Assembly (NCBI GenBank): GCA_043754515.1
Contig: JAYUUO010000122.1
Span: 1 to 12,688 of the forward strand
Source: Armatimonadota bacterium
GTDB taxonomy: Bacteria > Armatimonadota > Armatimonadia > Armatimonadales > Armatimonadaceae
DNA: 12,688 bases
Direction: 5' to 3'
The translations under genes and the position numbers were made by a program. Each line of letters begins with the position of its first letter. Within the stretch, counting starts at the first letter, position 1. The notes below the pieces were generated by a model. It worked only from the letters and a program-made list of their open reading frames with translations, was not told where the DNA came from and did not search any database. Positions 1 through 7,769 of the stretch are shown one piece after another.

Positions 1-258
1 CGGCTCCTGACCACGCCGGGGGCGGAAGCGGCACTGCAAGCGGCGAACCAATCGCTTCTTGAATTGCTCGCCCGCCACCTGGGGGGCGACTGGGGCGACC
101 TCGACAGGGACGACAGGAGGATGAACGACGCGGCACTGCGGAGCGGGGAAGATCGCATCTTCTCCGCATACACGTTGCCCGCGACCTCACAAACCGTTTG
201 GATCATCACCGAGGCGGACCGGTCGGTCACGACCGCCCTGCTTCCCGACGAGTATTAG
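1..258 (+). CDS. Conserved plasmid/ICE-associated hypothetical protein (5'-partial)
   Basis: Frame 1 is open from base 1: RLLTTPGAEAAL...RHLGGDWGDL...RIFSAY...WIITEADRSVTTALLPDEY. This is a motif pattern I recognise from small mobile-element proteins of unknown function. Confidence 0.8.
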   Translation, partial: RLLTTPGAEAALQAANQSLLELLARHLGGDWGDLDRDDRRMNDAALRSGEDRIFSAYTLPATSQTVWIITEADRSVTTALLPDEY

Positions 259-276
259 GAAAGGAACGAGACGACC

Positions 277-876
277 ATGAACGATGACAAGAACCGGGAC
301 GGCGCGGCGAATATGCCGCCCGCCCCGAATTGGGAGAAGGCACTGGCCTACTCGCAGCTGGAGGAGCATCTGCGAACGCCGGAGGACAGGGCGCGGTTCA
401 TCGAGTCGCTCGAAGGCTCGCTGATGACGTCGCTCGGCATAGACCGGGGGGCCGCGGACAGGGCCGACCTGGCCGGTGTCCTCGCGCTATTCTTCACCGG
501 CGAGACGTTCGCGTTCACGGACGGGGACGGGACACAGTACGTCTGGGACGTGACGCGGGCGAAGGAGGTCATCGCGGCGAACGGGGTCGCGGCTCAGGAC
601 CTCGACCTCGCCGCTCAGGGCGTCACGGCGGAGCGTATCCTCGCCCAGTACCCGGGTTTGGACACGAAGCGGGCGGCGGGGGCGGACCTTAGCGAGCCGG
701 TGATCTTCATCGGTTTCCAGGGCGAGCATCTACTACTAGACGGCTGGCATAGGGCGTACAAGGCGGCGACGCGGGGCATACCCACGATCCCCTGCCACGT
801 GCTGAGCGAGGACGAGGCGGAGTCCCTACTCGTCTCGAAGACGCCGCCGGTTATGGAAGGAGGAACGGCGGCATGA
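277..876 (+). CDS. ParB/Sulfiredoxin-like domain protein
   Basis: 199 aa with an AGGA-rich RBS upstream. The C-terminal half has PVIF...LLLDGWHRAYKA...IPCHVL, matching the ParB-N/Srx DGxHR signature. Confidence 0.7.
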   Translation: MNDDKNRDGAANMPPAPNWEKALAYSQLEEHLRTPEDRARFIESLEGSLMTSLGIDRGAADRADLAGVLALFFTGETFAFTDGDGTQYVWDVTRAKEVIAANGVAAQDLDLAAQGVTAERILAQYPGLDTKRAAGADLSEPVIFIGFQGEHLLLDGWHRAYKAATRGIPTIPCHVLSEDEAESLLVSKTPPVMEGGTAA

Positions 877-1349
877 GCCAGTACCCGCATACAAGACGCG
901 GGGGCGGCTCCCCGAATCCGCTCCCGCTCTACAAGAAGACGTGTGACCACGGCTTCGACCTGCCCCGCGGCGTGTCGCTCCGGGTGCGGGTGTACCGCCC
1001 GCTACGGGACCGCTCCCTCGCGCCGCTACTCCTGCTGTGCTGGACACTGCGCGAGCAGGGTCACGGCCAGAGCATATCGCCGGAGGAGACGGCGGGGCCG
1101 CTGCGCCGGGAGGTGATGCGCCTGCCGTGCCGCGTGTCGCTCGTCGAGCGGTTCGCTCACTACGGGTATCAGGGCCAGTACACAGAGCGCATCCACAAGG
1201 TGCTGGAGGTGCTACCGGAGAGCGCGGGTGGCGGGGCGGTGCTGTTCGCCATCGGGCGCACGGTGATCGAGTCGCTCGTCGGCGAATCGCTGGATACCCC
1301 GGACGGGAGGAACGCCGCGTGGGTGGCGGCGACTGACGGCGCGGAGTAG
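873..1349 (+). CDS. Hypothetical protein (family with RVRVY...PL hydrophobic strand...VE...RxxxExxxGxSL)
   Basis: 158 aa with an ATGA overlap with the upstream gene and a GGAGG RBS. It resembles the degraded ORF at 2005-2345. Confidence 0.75.
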   Translation: MSQYPHTRRGGGSPNPLPLYKKTCDHGFDLPRGVSLRVRVYRPLRDRSLAPLLLLCWTLREQGHGQSISPEETAGPLRREVMRLPCRVSLVERFAHYGYQGQYTERIHKVLEVLPESAGGGAVLFAIGRTVIESLVGESLDTPDGRNAAWVAATDGAE

Positions 1350-1514
1350 TCGCCGGAGTCGATTGCCGCGAACCTGGCGGCTCGGTAGCCGTCTGGAGAG
1401 GCGTTAGCGTTCGTCGGGTTCCGGCGCAACGAAGTGTGTCCGTTTCAGTCCCCGGACTGTTAATATACGATCCGACGGAGTGTTGAACCGGTCGCAGGAC
1501 GATCGTGCGAATAG
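1350..1514 (+). pseudogene. Degenerate C-terminal fragment paralogous to 2005-2345
   Basis: Reads EALAFVGFRRNEVCPFQSPDC*YTIRRSVEPVAGRS versus EGFAFVGFHRNAAGAFQSPNWQYTTRLTVEVVAGQS. There is an exact 16-bp repeat GCGTTCGTCGGGTTCC at 1407-1422 and 2241-2256, and in-frame stops at 1386 and 1461. Confidence 0.85.
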
Positions 1515-1523
1515 TGTGTCTCT

Positions 1524-1554
1524 GACCCGCAGTATATTTCTGTGGGTCTTTTTT
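1524..1554 (+). terminator. Rho-independent terminator
   Basis: GACCCGCAG-tatattt-CTGTGGGTC stem (one G-U pair) followed by T6. Confidence 0.8.
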
Positions 1555-1573
1555 ATCCGACTATCTGAGCGCG

Positions 1574-1884
1574 TTACTTTACGGACGGATCATCAATCAG
1601 CCCCTTAATTTCGGTAGGATAGCTGTAGAGGGGAGGCCGACCGGAGGGATCACCTTCCCGTTTGTTGCGGTAGGCTTGGTCGTAGTTCGACGAATCGGCG
1701 AGCAGTCTGTGAGGTCGAGTGTACCCTCCGCCGCATTGCTTGGCAGGTTGTGCATGGCGTCGGCGAGGCGTTCCGCCTGCTCTGTGTACCCATGACGGAT
1801 GAGAAAGCGTATCTCCAGAAGCACCTTGCTCAGAATTTGCAGGACGTCACCGTGAGAGTCAGGTGTTGTTTTTCCTATATGCAT
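1574..1884 (-). pseudogene. Small hypothetical protein, probably frameshifted near 1710
   Basis: MHIGK...LLEIRFLIRHGYTEQAERLADAMHNLP is protein-like. After DL an alternative frame gives a more plausible tail, RLLADSSNYDQAY...EIKGLIDDPSVK*, ending at 1574. The unshifted ORF ends at 1597. Confidence 0.45.
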
Positions 1885-2004
1885 GCAAGATAGCACCATC
1901 CACTCTGAAATGATAGATGACTCCAGACGGATTGTGCCAGAGCCGCAGAGCCGCCTCGCTCACGGGCCGGATAGATCCGGTGCCTGCCGTCAATGGTTCG
2001 GTAG

Positions 2005-2345
2005 GGAACACCTTCACAGTCGGTCCGACGGGTACGGGTCTACGACCCGAATCCACAAGGAAAGATGGCAAAGCGACCGCTGATTGTCGTGTTCGCCGAA
2101 CTCGACGACAACCCCGGCTGGCTAACCGGATGTTCGAGCGGCTTGACAAGCCGGAGCCCGCTCCCGTGTTCGTCGAACACTATCCGGATCACGGAGTACA
2201 TAACGTGCGAATGAACCGATGGCAGTTCGTCGAAGGGTTCGCGTTCGTCGGGTTCCACCGAAATGCGGCAGGAGCGTTTCAGTCTCCGAACTGGCAATAC
2301 ACTACTCGCTTAACCGTTGAAGTCGTCGCCGGGCAATCGCTCTGA
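2005..2345 (+). pseudogene. Frameshifted paralog of 873-1349
   Basis: One frame gives RVRVYDP...RPLIVVFAELDDNPGWLT (compare RVRVYRP...APLLLLCWTL). It shifts near 2128 into MFERL...VFVEHYP...RLTVEVVAGQSL (compare VSLVERF...RTVIESLVGESL). An in-frame TAG lies at 2002. Confidence 0.7.
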
Positions 2346-2376
2346 GAAACGGCATGAGTTCACTGATCCAATTCCT

Positions 2377-2409
2377 ATCCGCAGACAACATTGCTCTGCG
2401 GATTTTTTT
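2377..2409 (+). terminator. Rho-independent terminator
   Basis: ATCCGCAGA/TCTGCGGAT 9-bp stem followed by a T run. The stem resembles the one at 1524-1554. Confidence 0.8.
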
Positions 2410-2461
2410 GAAGAAAGATGGTTGGCTTGAGGATTGATGCTTGCGTCACGAAGACGACAAT

Positions 2462-3697
2462 CTACCTTAACTTAACCATGTGGTACGTAGTATTCTGTGC
2501 ATACTGATCCCAGAGGGTATGATACCTATCTTCGGTATGTGCATCGTAATAACAGTTACCGTTACTATCTAACAATACCACTATCGAGACATGGCTTAAT
2601 GTTGGATAGAAACCGATGACATCACCAACAGTCATAAACCTTCGCTGATACTCGTCAGCCTGAGACCTGTTCATTTTCTTCTTGCTCATGGAGCTACTAT
2701 AGCTGACCATGTAATCAAAAAACTCTCCCGCTCTAATCCAAGTTGTCGAATATGGTCTCCACTTATCCGTCGGAGTAATAGTTCCACCTGTATTGTCACA
2801 AACGCACTGACTGATAAAATTAGCGCAGTCCTTACCACTTCCTCCATAGCTACTGTACCGTGGATTATAGGCTTTGCAGTACATATCTGCATACTGAGCC
2901 GCCGCCTTTCTGTTATACGACCAAGGACGCTGTACTAACGACGCGTAAAGGAGATTTGCACTTTGAACGCCAGCCTGTTTTGAAAACTGTATTGTTTTCA
3001 AAAAAGTGACCGAGGACCCCCGGTCACTTTCCGTATATGAGTTGGCTTGATTCGCAACCGGGTCCATGTATGGATTGATGAATATATCGTTATCAACCTT
3101 CCAGCCAGTCTTAGAATTAAAAACAAGTCTGATGTCGTGATCAGTGGCTGAGGAGGAGTGCACAACTTCACCATCTTCTACTAGAGTTCCATCCCTTCGG
3201 GCTTCCTCAATCTGGTCTGCTTTCTCAGGAGAAATGGTCACGTTTGGGTTGCTTTTAACAGTTAGATCAACGTGTACATACTCGACACCAACAACTCTGG
3301 CAGTGTTTCCCCTAACTACCACTGATGTAACGCTGAAGTCGGAATAAGTGTGTACTACTGAAAACTCTTGATTGTGTGAAAGTACAAAATCTTTGTGAGC
3401 ATTAGCAACTTTGAGATTGTTATTTCTTGTTTTAGCGGCATTCAAAGATGAGGTCAGAGCCTGAGCATCAGTTTCCTGAGAGCGAATTGCAGAAGGTACT
3501 GAGTTATTCCCCAGATTTTCGCGGAACTGCGCGTAAAACTGGATGTAGTTTGTTGCAACACTGGCGACCGCATTGGTGTCAGCAACCTGTGTGGTCGGCT
3601 TAGGCGGCTTGGCGGTCTGTGGAATCTTTGCAAATGCAACCCCACTAAGTGCCAAAACGCTAAAAACGACTAAAAGTGTTGATTCTTTGGTATTCAT
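2462..3697 (-). CDS. Secreted protein with C-terminal putative amidase domain (Amidase_6, NlpC/P60-like)
   Basis: The likely start MNTKESTLLVVFSVLALSGVAFA is a signal peptide. The C-terminal motifs are YNRKAAAQYA, DCANFISQC, GDVI, HVSIV and YDAHTEDR. GC is visibly lower than in the neighbouring genes. Confidence 0.8.
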   Translation of the reverse strand: MNTKESTLLVVFSVLALSGVAFAKIPQTAKPPKPTTQVADTNAVASVATNYIQFYAQFRENLGNNSVPSAIRSQETDAQALTSSLNAAKTRNNNLKVANAHKDFVLSHNQEFSVVHTYSDFSVTSVVVRGNTARVVGVEYVHVDLTVKSNPNVTISPEKADQIEEARRDGTLVEDGEVVHSSSATDHDIRLVFNSKTGWKVDNDIFINPYMDPVANQANSYTESDRGSSVTFLKTIQFSKQAGVQSANLLYASLVQRPWSYNRKAAAQYADMYCKAYNPRYSSYGGSGKDCANFISQCVCDNTGGTITPTDKWRPYSTTWIRAGEFFDYMVSYSSSMSKKKMNRSQADEYQRRFMTVGDVIGFYPTLSHVSIVVLLDSNGNCYYDAHTEDRYHTLWDQYAQNTTYHMVKLR

Positions 3698-3761
3698 GAT
3701 AAGTACTTTCTTCTTACACTTCGGATGTACTTTCGTCAACTACACCCTACCTTGCTCACTC

Positions 3762-3791
3762 ATTTTACCACACACACCTTGGTTCGATGAA
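3762..3791 (-). promoter_or_regulatory. Possible sigma70 promoter for the amidase-domain gene
   Basis: Extended -10 TGgTAAAAT at 3770-3762 and a weak -35 TTCATC at 18-nt spacing. Confidence 0.35.
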
Positions 3792-3923
3792 CTTTTAATC
3801 CGCTCCCCAAAACAATACCACTGAAAGTATAAGTCAGCATCTATGAAGGAGTTGGAAATAAAAATGAACAGTTGGTTCAAAAAAGTTATTTGCAAAGTGC
3901 CTTGGATGTGGATGCGACCGAAA

Positions 3924-4029
3924 AAGGAAGTTTCTGCGACCACTCGTTAATTGTGTCGAACTAAAATTACCAAAGCACATTATCACTGTCCGAACAATTC
4001 GGTAACAACTTTTCCCCATTAAATCCACC
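3924..4029 (-). repeat. Diverged direct copy of the LSR 3' end (4209-4306)
   Basis: Block 1 has 22/29 identities (4001-4029 vs 4278-4306) and block 2 has 27/37 (3924-3960 vs 4209-4245). It encodes VDLMGKSCY...*FDTINEWSQKLP versus VDLTGKSYH...WFDTIIEWGHQIP. Confidence 0.8.
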
Positions 4030-4206
4030 CTCTATCATCACAATAAGGGGAGACGCCTGTACTCGAACGGCATCAAACCAACTTTCGATCAACTCACTAA
4101 GATCATATACCGACCGATTTCGTGTGTCGTGAGCCGAATTAAGTGTTTGTGAAAATAGTTTGAACATGGTTTCATCTGGGCTTGCAAACGAGATGCTCGA
4201 CTCTCT

Positions 4207-5823
4207 CTAAGGAATCTGATGCCCCCACTCAATAATCGTATCGAACCATGATTGATCTTTCGCTCCGTCAATATTTAGGTGATAACTTTTTCCCGTCAGG
4301 TCCACCACCTTTTCTTTGGTGTGCCTAAAGTCCTGTGAAACCCGGTATGGGAGCGTTAAATCGTAGGTGATAAGTCCCTTTTCCCGGTCGAACACCGGCG
4401 GGGTCTTGAATACCATGCGGTGTATGATGCGTTTATCCTTAGCAGAGCCGTTTTTCCATGCTTTCGCAGGCTCGGAAAAATAGGTGATAACTCTCCGCCA
4501 AGCCGCCCCGTAATCCGGGGCTTTTTCGAGGTATTTTGCCGCCTCCAACTTTGTCTTTTTTATGATTTCTTCCAGCGATTCAATCTCTGCCTCGACGTAG
4601 GGGACGACGGTATCGCTCACGCTGACGAGCCGATGCACGAGGAGCCGGAGTTGTTCCTCGTATCGCTGGATCTTGCGGGTCGCCATCACCGCTTGTGTTT
4701 CCCACTCTCCGATGTACCGCGCCCATTCGTCCTGTGAACTAATACTAATCGCCTCTATGAACGATGGGGACGGCGTGAGATGCTCGAGCAATTTGTGAAA
4801 CGCCGGTTCCACCTTAACCGCCGAGTAACTCCGCCCGTAGATCGCGCACTGCTGCCAGTAACACTGGTAACGCGGGTACTGCCCTTTGGCGAGCGAGCCG
4901 GTGAGCGGTCTGCCGCACCCGGCGCACCGCACGAAGTTTCGCAGGATGAACTGGTCATCACTGTCCGCGCGGGCGACGGCGAGGGGGCGTTCCTTCTGTC
5001 CCAGTCGCTCCAGAATCAAGCCGAATACCGCCGGGGTGATGACGCTCTCGTGCTTCGCGGGGACGCGCCCGATATCCCACGGCTTATATTCAAGGTAGCC
5101 CGCGTACAGAGGAAGCGTTTCAAAGATGCGGGCGACCCGCTTCTCCAGCACGGTGATGTGGGCGGCGTGTCGTCCGAAACCCTCGCCTCTATAAAAGCCC
5201 TGTGCCTGTAGGTAGCGGGCGACTTCGCGCTGTGTCAGGAGCCTACCCCTCGCGAACGCTTCCAGAGCCGGGGCAAGCACTGTCTTTGCCTCGCGGGACG
5301 GGACAATGACCTTCTTGTGAAAGGGATGTTTCTCATAGTGATAGCCGGGCGGTGCGGGGAACGTCCAGTAGCCCTGTTCGAGCCGCGCCCGCATCCGGTT
5401 CAGGACCTGCTCCCGGTTGCCTTTGCGACCGTATTGCGCCGCCGCGGCCATGATGTATTCGACGAACTCGCCGGAGGCGGTTTCCTCGAACCGTAGCGAA
5501 GGGGATTCGAGCCTGCCACCCGCCACCCGGATCGCGGCCCGTAGTTCGCCGTGCGCCCGCACGTCACGGGCGATGCGGGAGATGTCATCAATGATGACCA
5601 CGACCGTCTGCGCTTGGGCGGAAAGGTAGCCGAGCATGGCGAGAATGGCAGGGCGGTCGGTGATCGCGCCGGAGACGCCGTCGTCGGCGAAGACCCGTGT
5701 CACCCGGTATTCGTGGGTGTCGGCGTAAGAGCGACACCGTTGTTCCTGACTGCGAATGCCGTCTCCTTCTTTCGCCTGCCGCTCGGAGGAGACGCGGCAG
5801 TAGATAACAGCTTCCTGAGCCAT
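4207..5823 (-). CDS. Large serine recombinase (resolvase + recombinase + zinc ribbon + coiled coil)
   Basis: 538 aa. Motifs include the catalytic AVIYCRVSS, DDISRIARD, GYWTFPAPPGY, HESVIT, the zinc ribbon RCAGCG...YQC...C, and a coiled coil. Confidence 0.95.
   Translation of the reverse strand: MAQEAVIYCRVSSERQAKEGDGIRSQEQRCRSYADTHEYRVTRVFADDGVSGAITDRPAILAMLGYLSAQAQTVVVIIDDISRIARDVRAHGELRAAIRVAGGRLESPSLRFEETASGEFVEYIMAAAAQYGRKGNREQVLNRMRARLEQGYWTFPAPPGYHYEKHPFHKKVIVPSREAKTVLAPALEAFARGRLLTQREVARYLQAQGFYRGEGFGRHAAHITVLEKRVARIFETLPLYAGYLEYKPWDIGRVPAKHESVITPAVFGLILERLGQKERPLAVARADSDDQFILRNFVRCAGCGRPLTGSLAKGQYPRYQCYWQQCAIYGRSYSAVKVEPAFHKLLEHLTPSPSFIEAISISSQDEWARYIGEWETQAVMATRKIQRYEEQLRLLVHRLVSVSDTVVPYVEAEIESLEEIIKKTKLEAAKYLEKAPDYGAAWRRVITYFSEPAKAWKNGSAKDKRIIHRMVFKTPPVFDREKGLITYDLTLPYRVSQDFRHTKEKVVDLTGKSYHLNIDGAKDQSWFDTIIEWGHQIP
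4291..4307 (+). other. att-like core resembling a tRNA-Ala/tmRNA 3' end, inside the LSR gene
   Basis: TCCCGT-CAGGTCC-ACCA has the layout of a T-stem 3' strand, an acceptor strand with U70, and ACCA. No 5' half of a tRNA is present. Confidence 0.6.
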
Positions 5824-5861
5824 GATTGTTCGGTTAGCGGTAATCGGATACAGAGTAGCAG

Positions 5862-6134
5862 TTAAGTGCCCGCGAGGGGAGGCCCGTCGCTGTCACTCGC
5901 GTTGATAATGTCACCCGGCGTCGTTCCGGCACGCAGGTCGGCGAAGTAGCTATCGAATACGGTGCCGATGATTCCCAGAAGGTCGGACAGGTAGCGGTCT
6001 TGCTCCTCCGGGGTCATATGAAACCCGGCGAAGATCTCCCGGAGACGCGCTTGCGCCATCGGTGATAACCGGGAGATGGCGTCATTACCCCTTTGTGCCT
6101 TCGTCGTTTCAGGAGTCTGGGTAGGAGTTCGCAT
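5862..6134 (-). CDS. Small hypothetical protein co-oriented upstream of the LSR
   Basis: 90 aa ending 38 nt before the LSR start. The segment FHMTPEEQDRYLSDLLGIIGTVFDSYF resembles, from recall, small ORFs that precede this LSR type. Confidence 0.65.
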   Translation of the reverse strand: MRTPTQTPETTKAQRGNDAISRLSPMAQARLREIFAGFHMTPEEQDRYLSDLLGIIGTVFDSYFADLRAGTTPGDIINASDSDGPPLAGT

Positions 6135-6220
6135 AAAGCGAACCTACCGGAGGGGGTAAGGAAACGCACTGAGCGGTGCATTCGTGGATGCCGCCCCCGA
6201 TGTACCCCCACGATGAACAG

Positions 6221-6434
6221 CTATATCAATTTTTTGCGCCTCTCCTTTTTGCCCATCACGATCCCTTTGACGATTCCGACTTCGGCGTGCATGTCGCGTA
6301 TGAAGTCGGCGTCGAGTTTCGTATACATGGGTATTGTCTTCGTTTCGCGGTGGCCTGCGATCTGTTGTGCCGCAAGAAGGCTGTGCTTGGCAAGCCCGGT
6401 TCAGGCTGAATCGGCGCAAGCCGTGGAGTGTAAT
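6221..6434 (-). pseudogene. Orphan C-terminal fragment of a paralogous tyrosine integrase
   Basis: ITLHGLRRFSLNR(+1 at ~6395)LAKHSLLAAQQIAGHRETKTIPMYTKLDADFIRDMHAEVGIVKGIVMGKKERRKKLI*. It matches the last 70 aa of 6703-7704 at 38/70 positions with no gaps. Confidence 0.92.
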
Positions 6435-6540
6435 CGAGACAGCTGCTCTACCTCCTGATCCATTCCTCACATTACTCATGTTTGGTGCCAGCGTATTGAC
6501 GAACCAATTATCTAGCCGCATCCAACGCTGTACGCATCAC

Positions 6541-6571
6541 ACAAAAACGCCTCGGGATCATCTCCCGAGGC
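6541..6571 (-). terminator. Rho-independent terminator downstream of the integrase
   Basis: Minus strand GCCTCGGGA-gatga-TCCCGAGGC followed by GTTTTTGT. Confidence 0.85.
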
Positions 6572-6702
6572 ACAACAATCCAGTAGCATATTCAACGTAG
6601 TTCCACGCTCATCCACATACGCGTATGCGAAGCCTAGTATCCCTACTCACATAATGACCCAACGGCCTGAATCAGAGACTGGTCAGTTCACGTTTCTAAA
6701 AC

Positions 6703-7704
6703 CTACACGAGCCGACGACGTTTATCCCGCTTGCTTTCAATTACCTTATCCAGCACTCCTACCTCACTGTGCACATCACGCAGGAAGTCCGGATCGAGAC
6801 GGGTATACAAAAGAGTTGTCTTCGCATCCTTATGCCCAGCTATGGTTTGTGCCGCCAGTAAATTATTTTTAGCCAGTTTGTTGATGCTGTAACGGCGAAG
6901 CGAGTGGAGTGTAATTCCTTCCGAAAGACCAGCATACTTTGTGATCCGGTGAAGCGTATGGATGAATTTATGCGTGTCGATAGGACCGCCCAGTTCCGAG
7001 ACAAATAGCAATCCATCATCGGGTTTTCCAGACATGATCCGTCGCCGCATCCGCAGCCAGGTCGCGAGAGCGGACGCCCAGGCCGGAGAGACTGGGAGTG
7101 TCCGCGGTTGCCTTCCCTTCGATTCTCGTATCAAGATACGACGCTCGTCCTCTTTATAGTCTTCTACCTTCAGCGCGAGCATTTCCCCGATACGGCATGC
7201 ACTGTCGAGGAGACCGTAGAAGATAGCAGTGTTTCGGTCCCGGTGAAAAACGCGCCGGTCTACGGGCAAGAACTTCGCACCGGGGTTCTTGCGGATGTCC
7301 CAGAACTCACCCAGTGCCGTGATCAGATTTCGTACGTCGGCATCGGTCGGCATCGGACGAGCGGGACTCGGTGCGTTGCGAACCCGGTACTCGGCGAGCG
7401 GATCGCGCTGTAGCAGATCATTGGCAACGCACCAGCGAAAAAAGGATTTCGCGGTGCCTGCGCCATGAGTGACTGTTGTTGGTCGCTTCCCTTCGTTCGT
7501 CCGAAATATCAGGTAACGATTCAGGTGGCTCTTACGGAAATCGTTGAAGGCGATTCCTTCACCCTCTGCCCAGGCACGCAGGGAGCGGAGTTGGACAGAG
7601 TAAAAGATATGGGTGTTCTTGGCACGAGTCGCTTCCATATCGAGGAGGAACTCTTCTATTGCGGCGTTCCAATCGCAGGTTTGTCCGGGTAAAGCTAAGG
7701 TCAT
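6703..7704 (-). CDS. Tyrosine recombinase/integrase (XerC/D-like fold)
   Basis: 333 aa with an N-terminal core-binding region. The catalytic set is R (SACRIGE), K (SKG), HxxR (HSLRR), H (AGH) and Y (TLLY). Confidence 0.95.
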   Translation of the reverse strand: MTLALPGQTCDWNAAIEEFLLDMEATRAKNTHIFYSVQLRSLRAWAEGEGIAFNDFRKSHLNRYLIFRTNEGKRPTTVTHGAGTAKSFFRWCVANDLLQRDPLAEYRVRNAPSPARPMPTDADVRNLITALGEFWDIRKNPGAKFLPVDRRVFHRDRNTAIFYGLLDSACRIGEMLALKVEDYKEDERRILIRESKGRQPRTLPVSPAWASALATWLRMRRRIMSGKPDDGLLFVSELGGPIDTHKFIHTLHRITKYAGLSEGITLHSLRRYSINKLAKNNLLAAQTIAGHKDAKTTLLYTRLDPDFLRDVHSEVGVLDKVIESKRDKRRRLV

Positions 7705-7734
7705 ATGAGTCCGTTACAACTTTCTTCTAAAACA

Positions 7735-7763
7735 GGTTTAGCATGAGAAGCAACGGATGTCAA
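7735..7763 (-). promoter_or_regulatory. Putative sigma70 promoter of the integrase
   Basis: Perfect TTGACA (7763-7758), a 17-nt spacer ending in TGc, and -10 TAAACC (7740-7735), about 30 nt before the ATG. Confidence 0.55.
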
Positions 7764-7769
7764 CTATGG

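Noticed and set aside
1350..1520. Structured ncRNA before the terminator
   Set aside because: Several hairpins can be drawn, but the region is better explained as a decayed protein-coding paralog.
1917..2345. 142-aa ORF as an intact gene
   Set aside because: The homologous N-terminal motifs lie in a different frame, so only 2130-2345 of this frame appears coding.
3775..4255. TGGTTYRA words on both strands, with several WF-containing short ORFs, suggesting a shufflon
   Set aside because: The shared words are only 5-9 nt with no consistent flanks. The direct tail duplication explains the strongest similarity, and the other possible degenerate att copies are too weak to call.
4230..4307. Complete tRNA or tmRNA gene
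   Set aside because: Only the 3'-terminal 17 nt are tRNA-like. There is no T-loop in register, no anticodon arm and no 5' acceptor strand.
6144..6521. 125-aa minus-strand ORF as a real gene
   Set aside because: Only ITLHGLRRFSLNR is meaningful. The rest is out-of-frame read-through of the integrase fragment.
6703..7704. Integron integrase or chromosomal xerC/xerD
   Set aside because: No IntI-specific insertion or attC array is visible. The sequence lacks the Xer-type HSFATH/LLGH motif and lies at an island edge.
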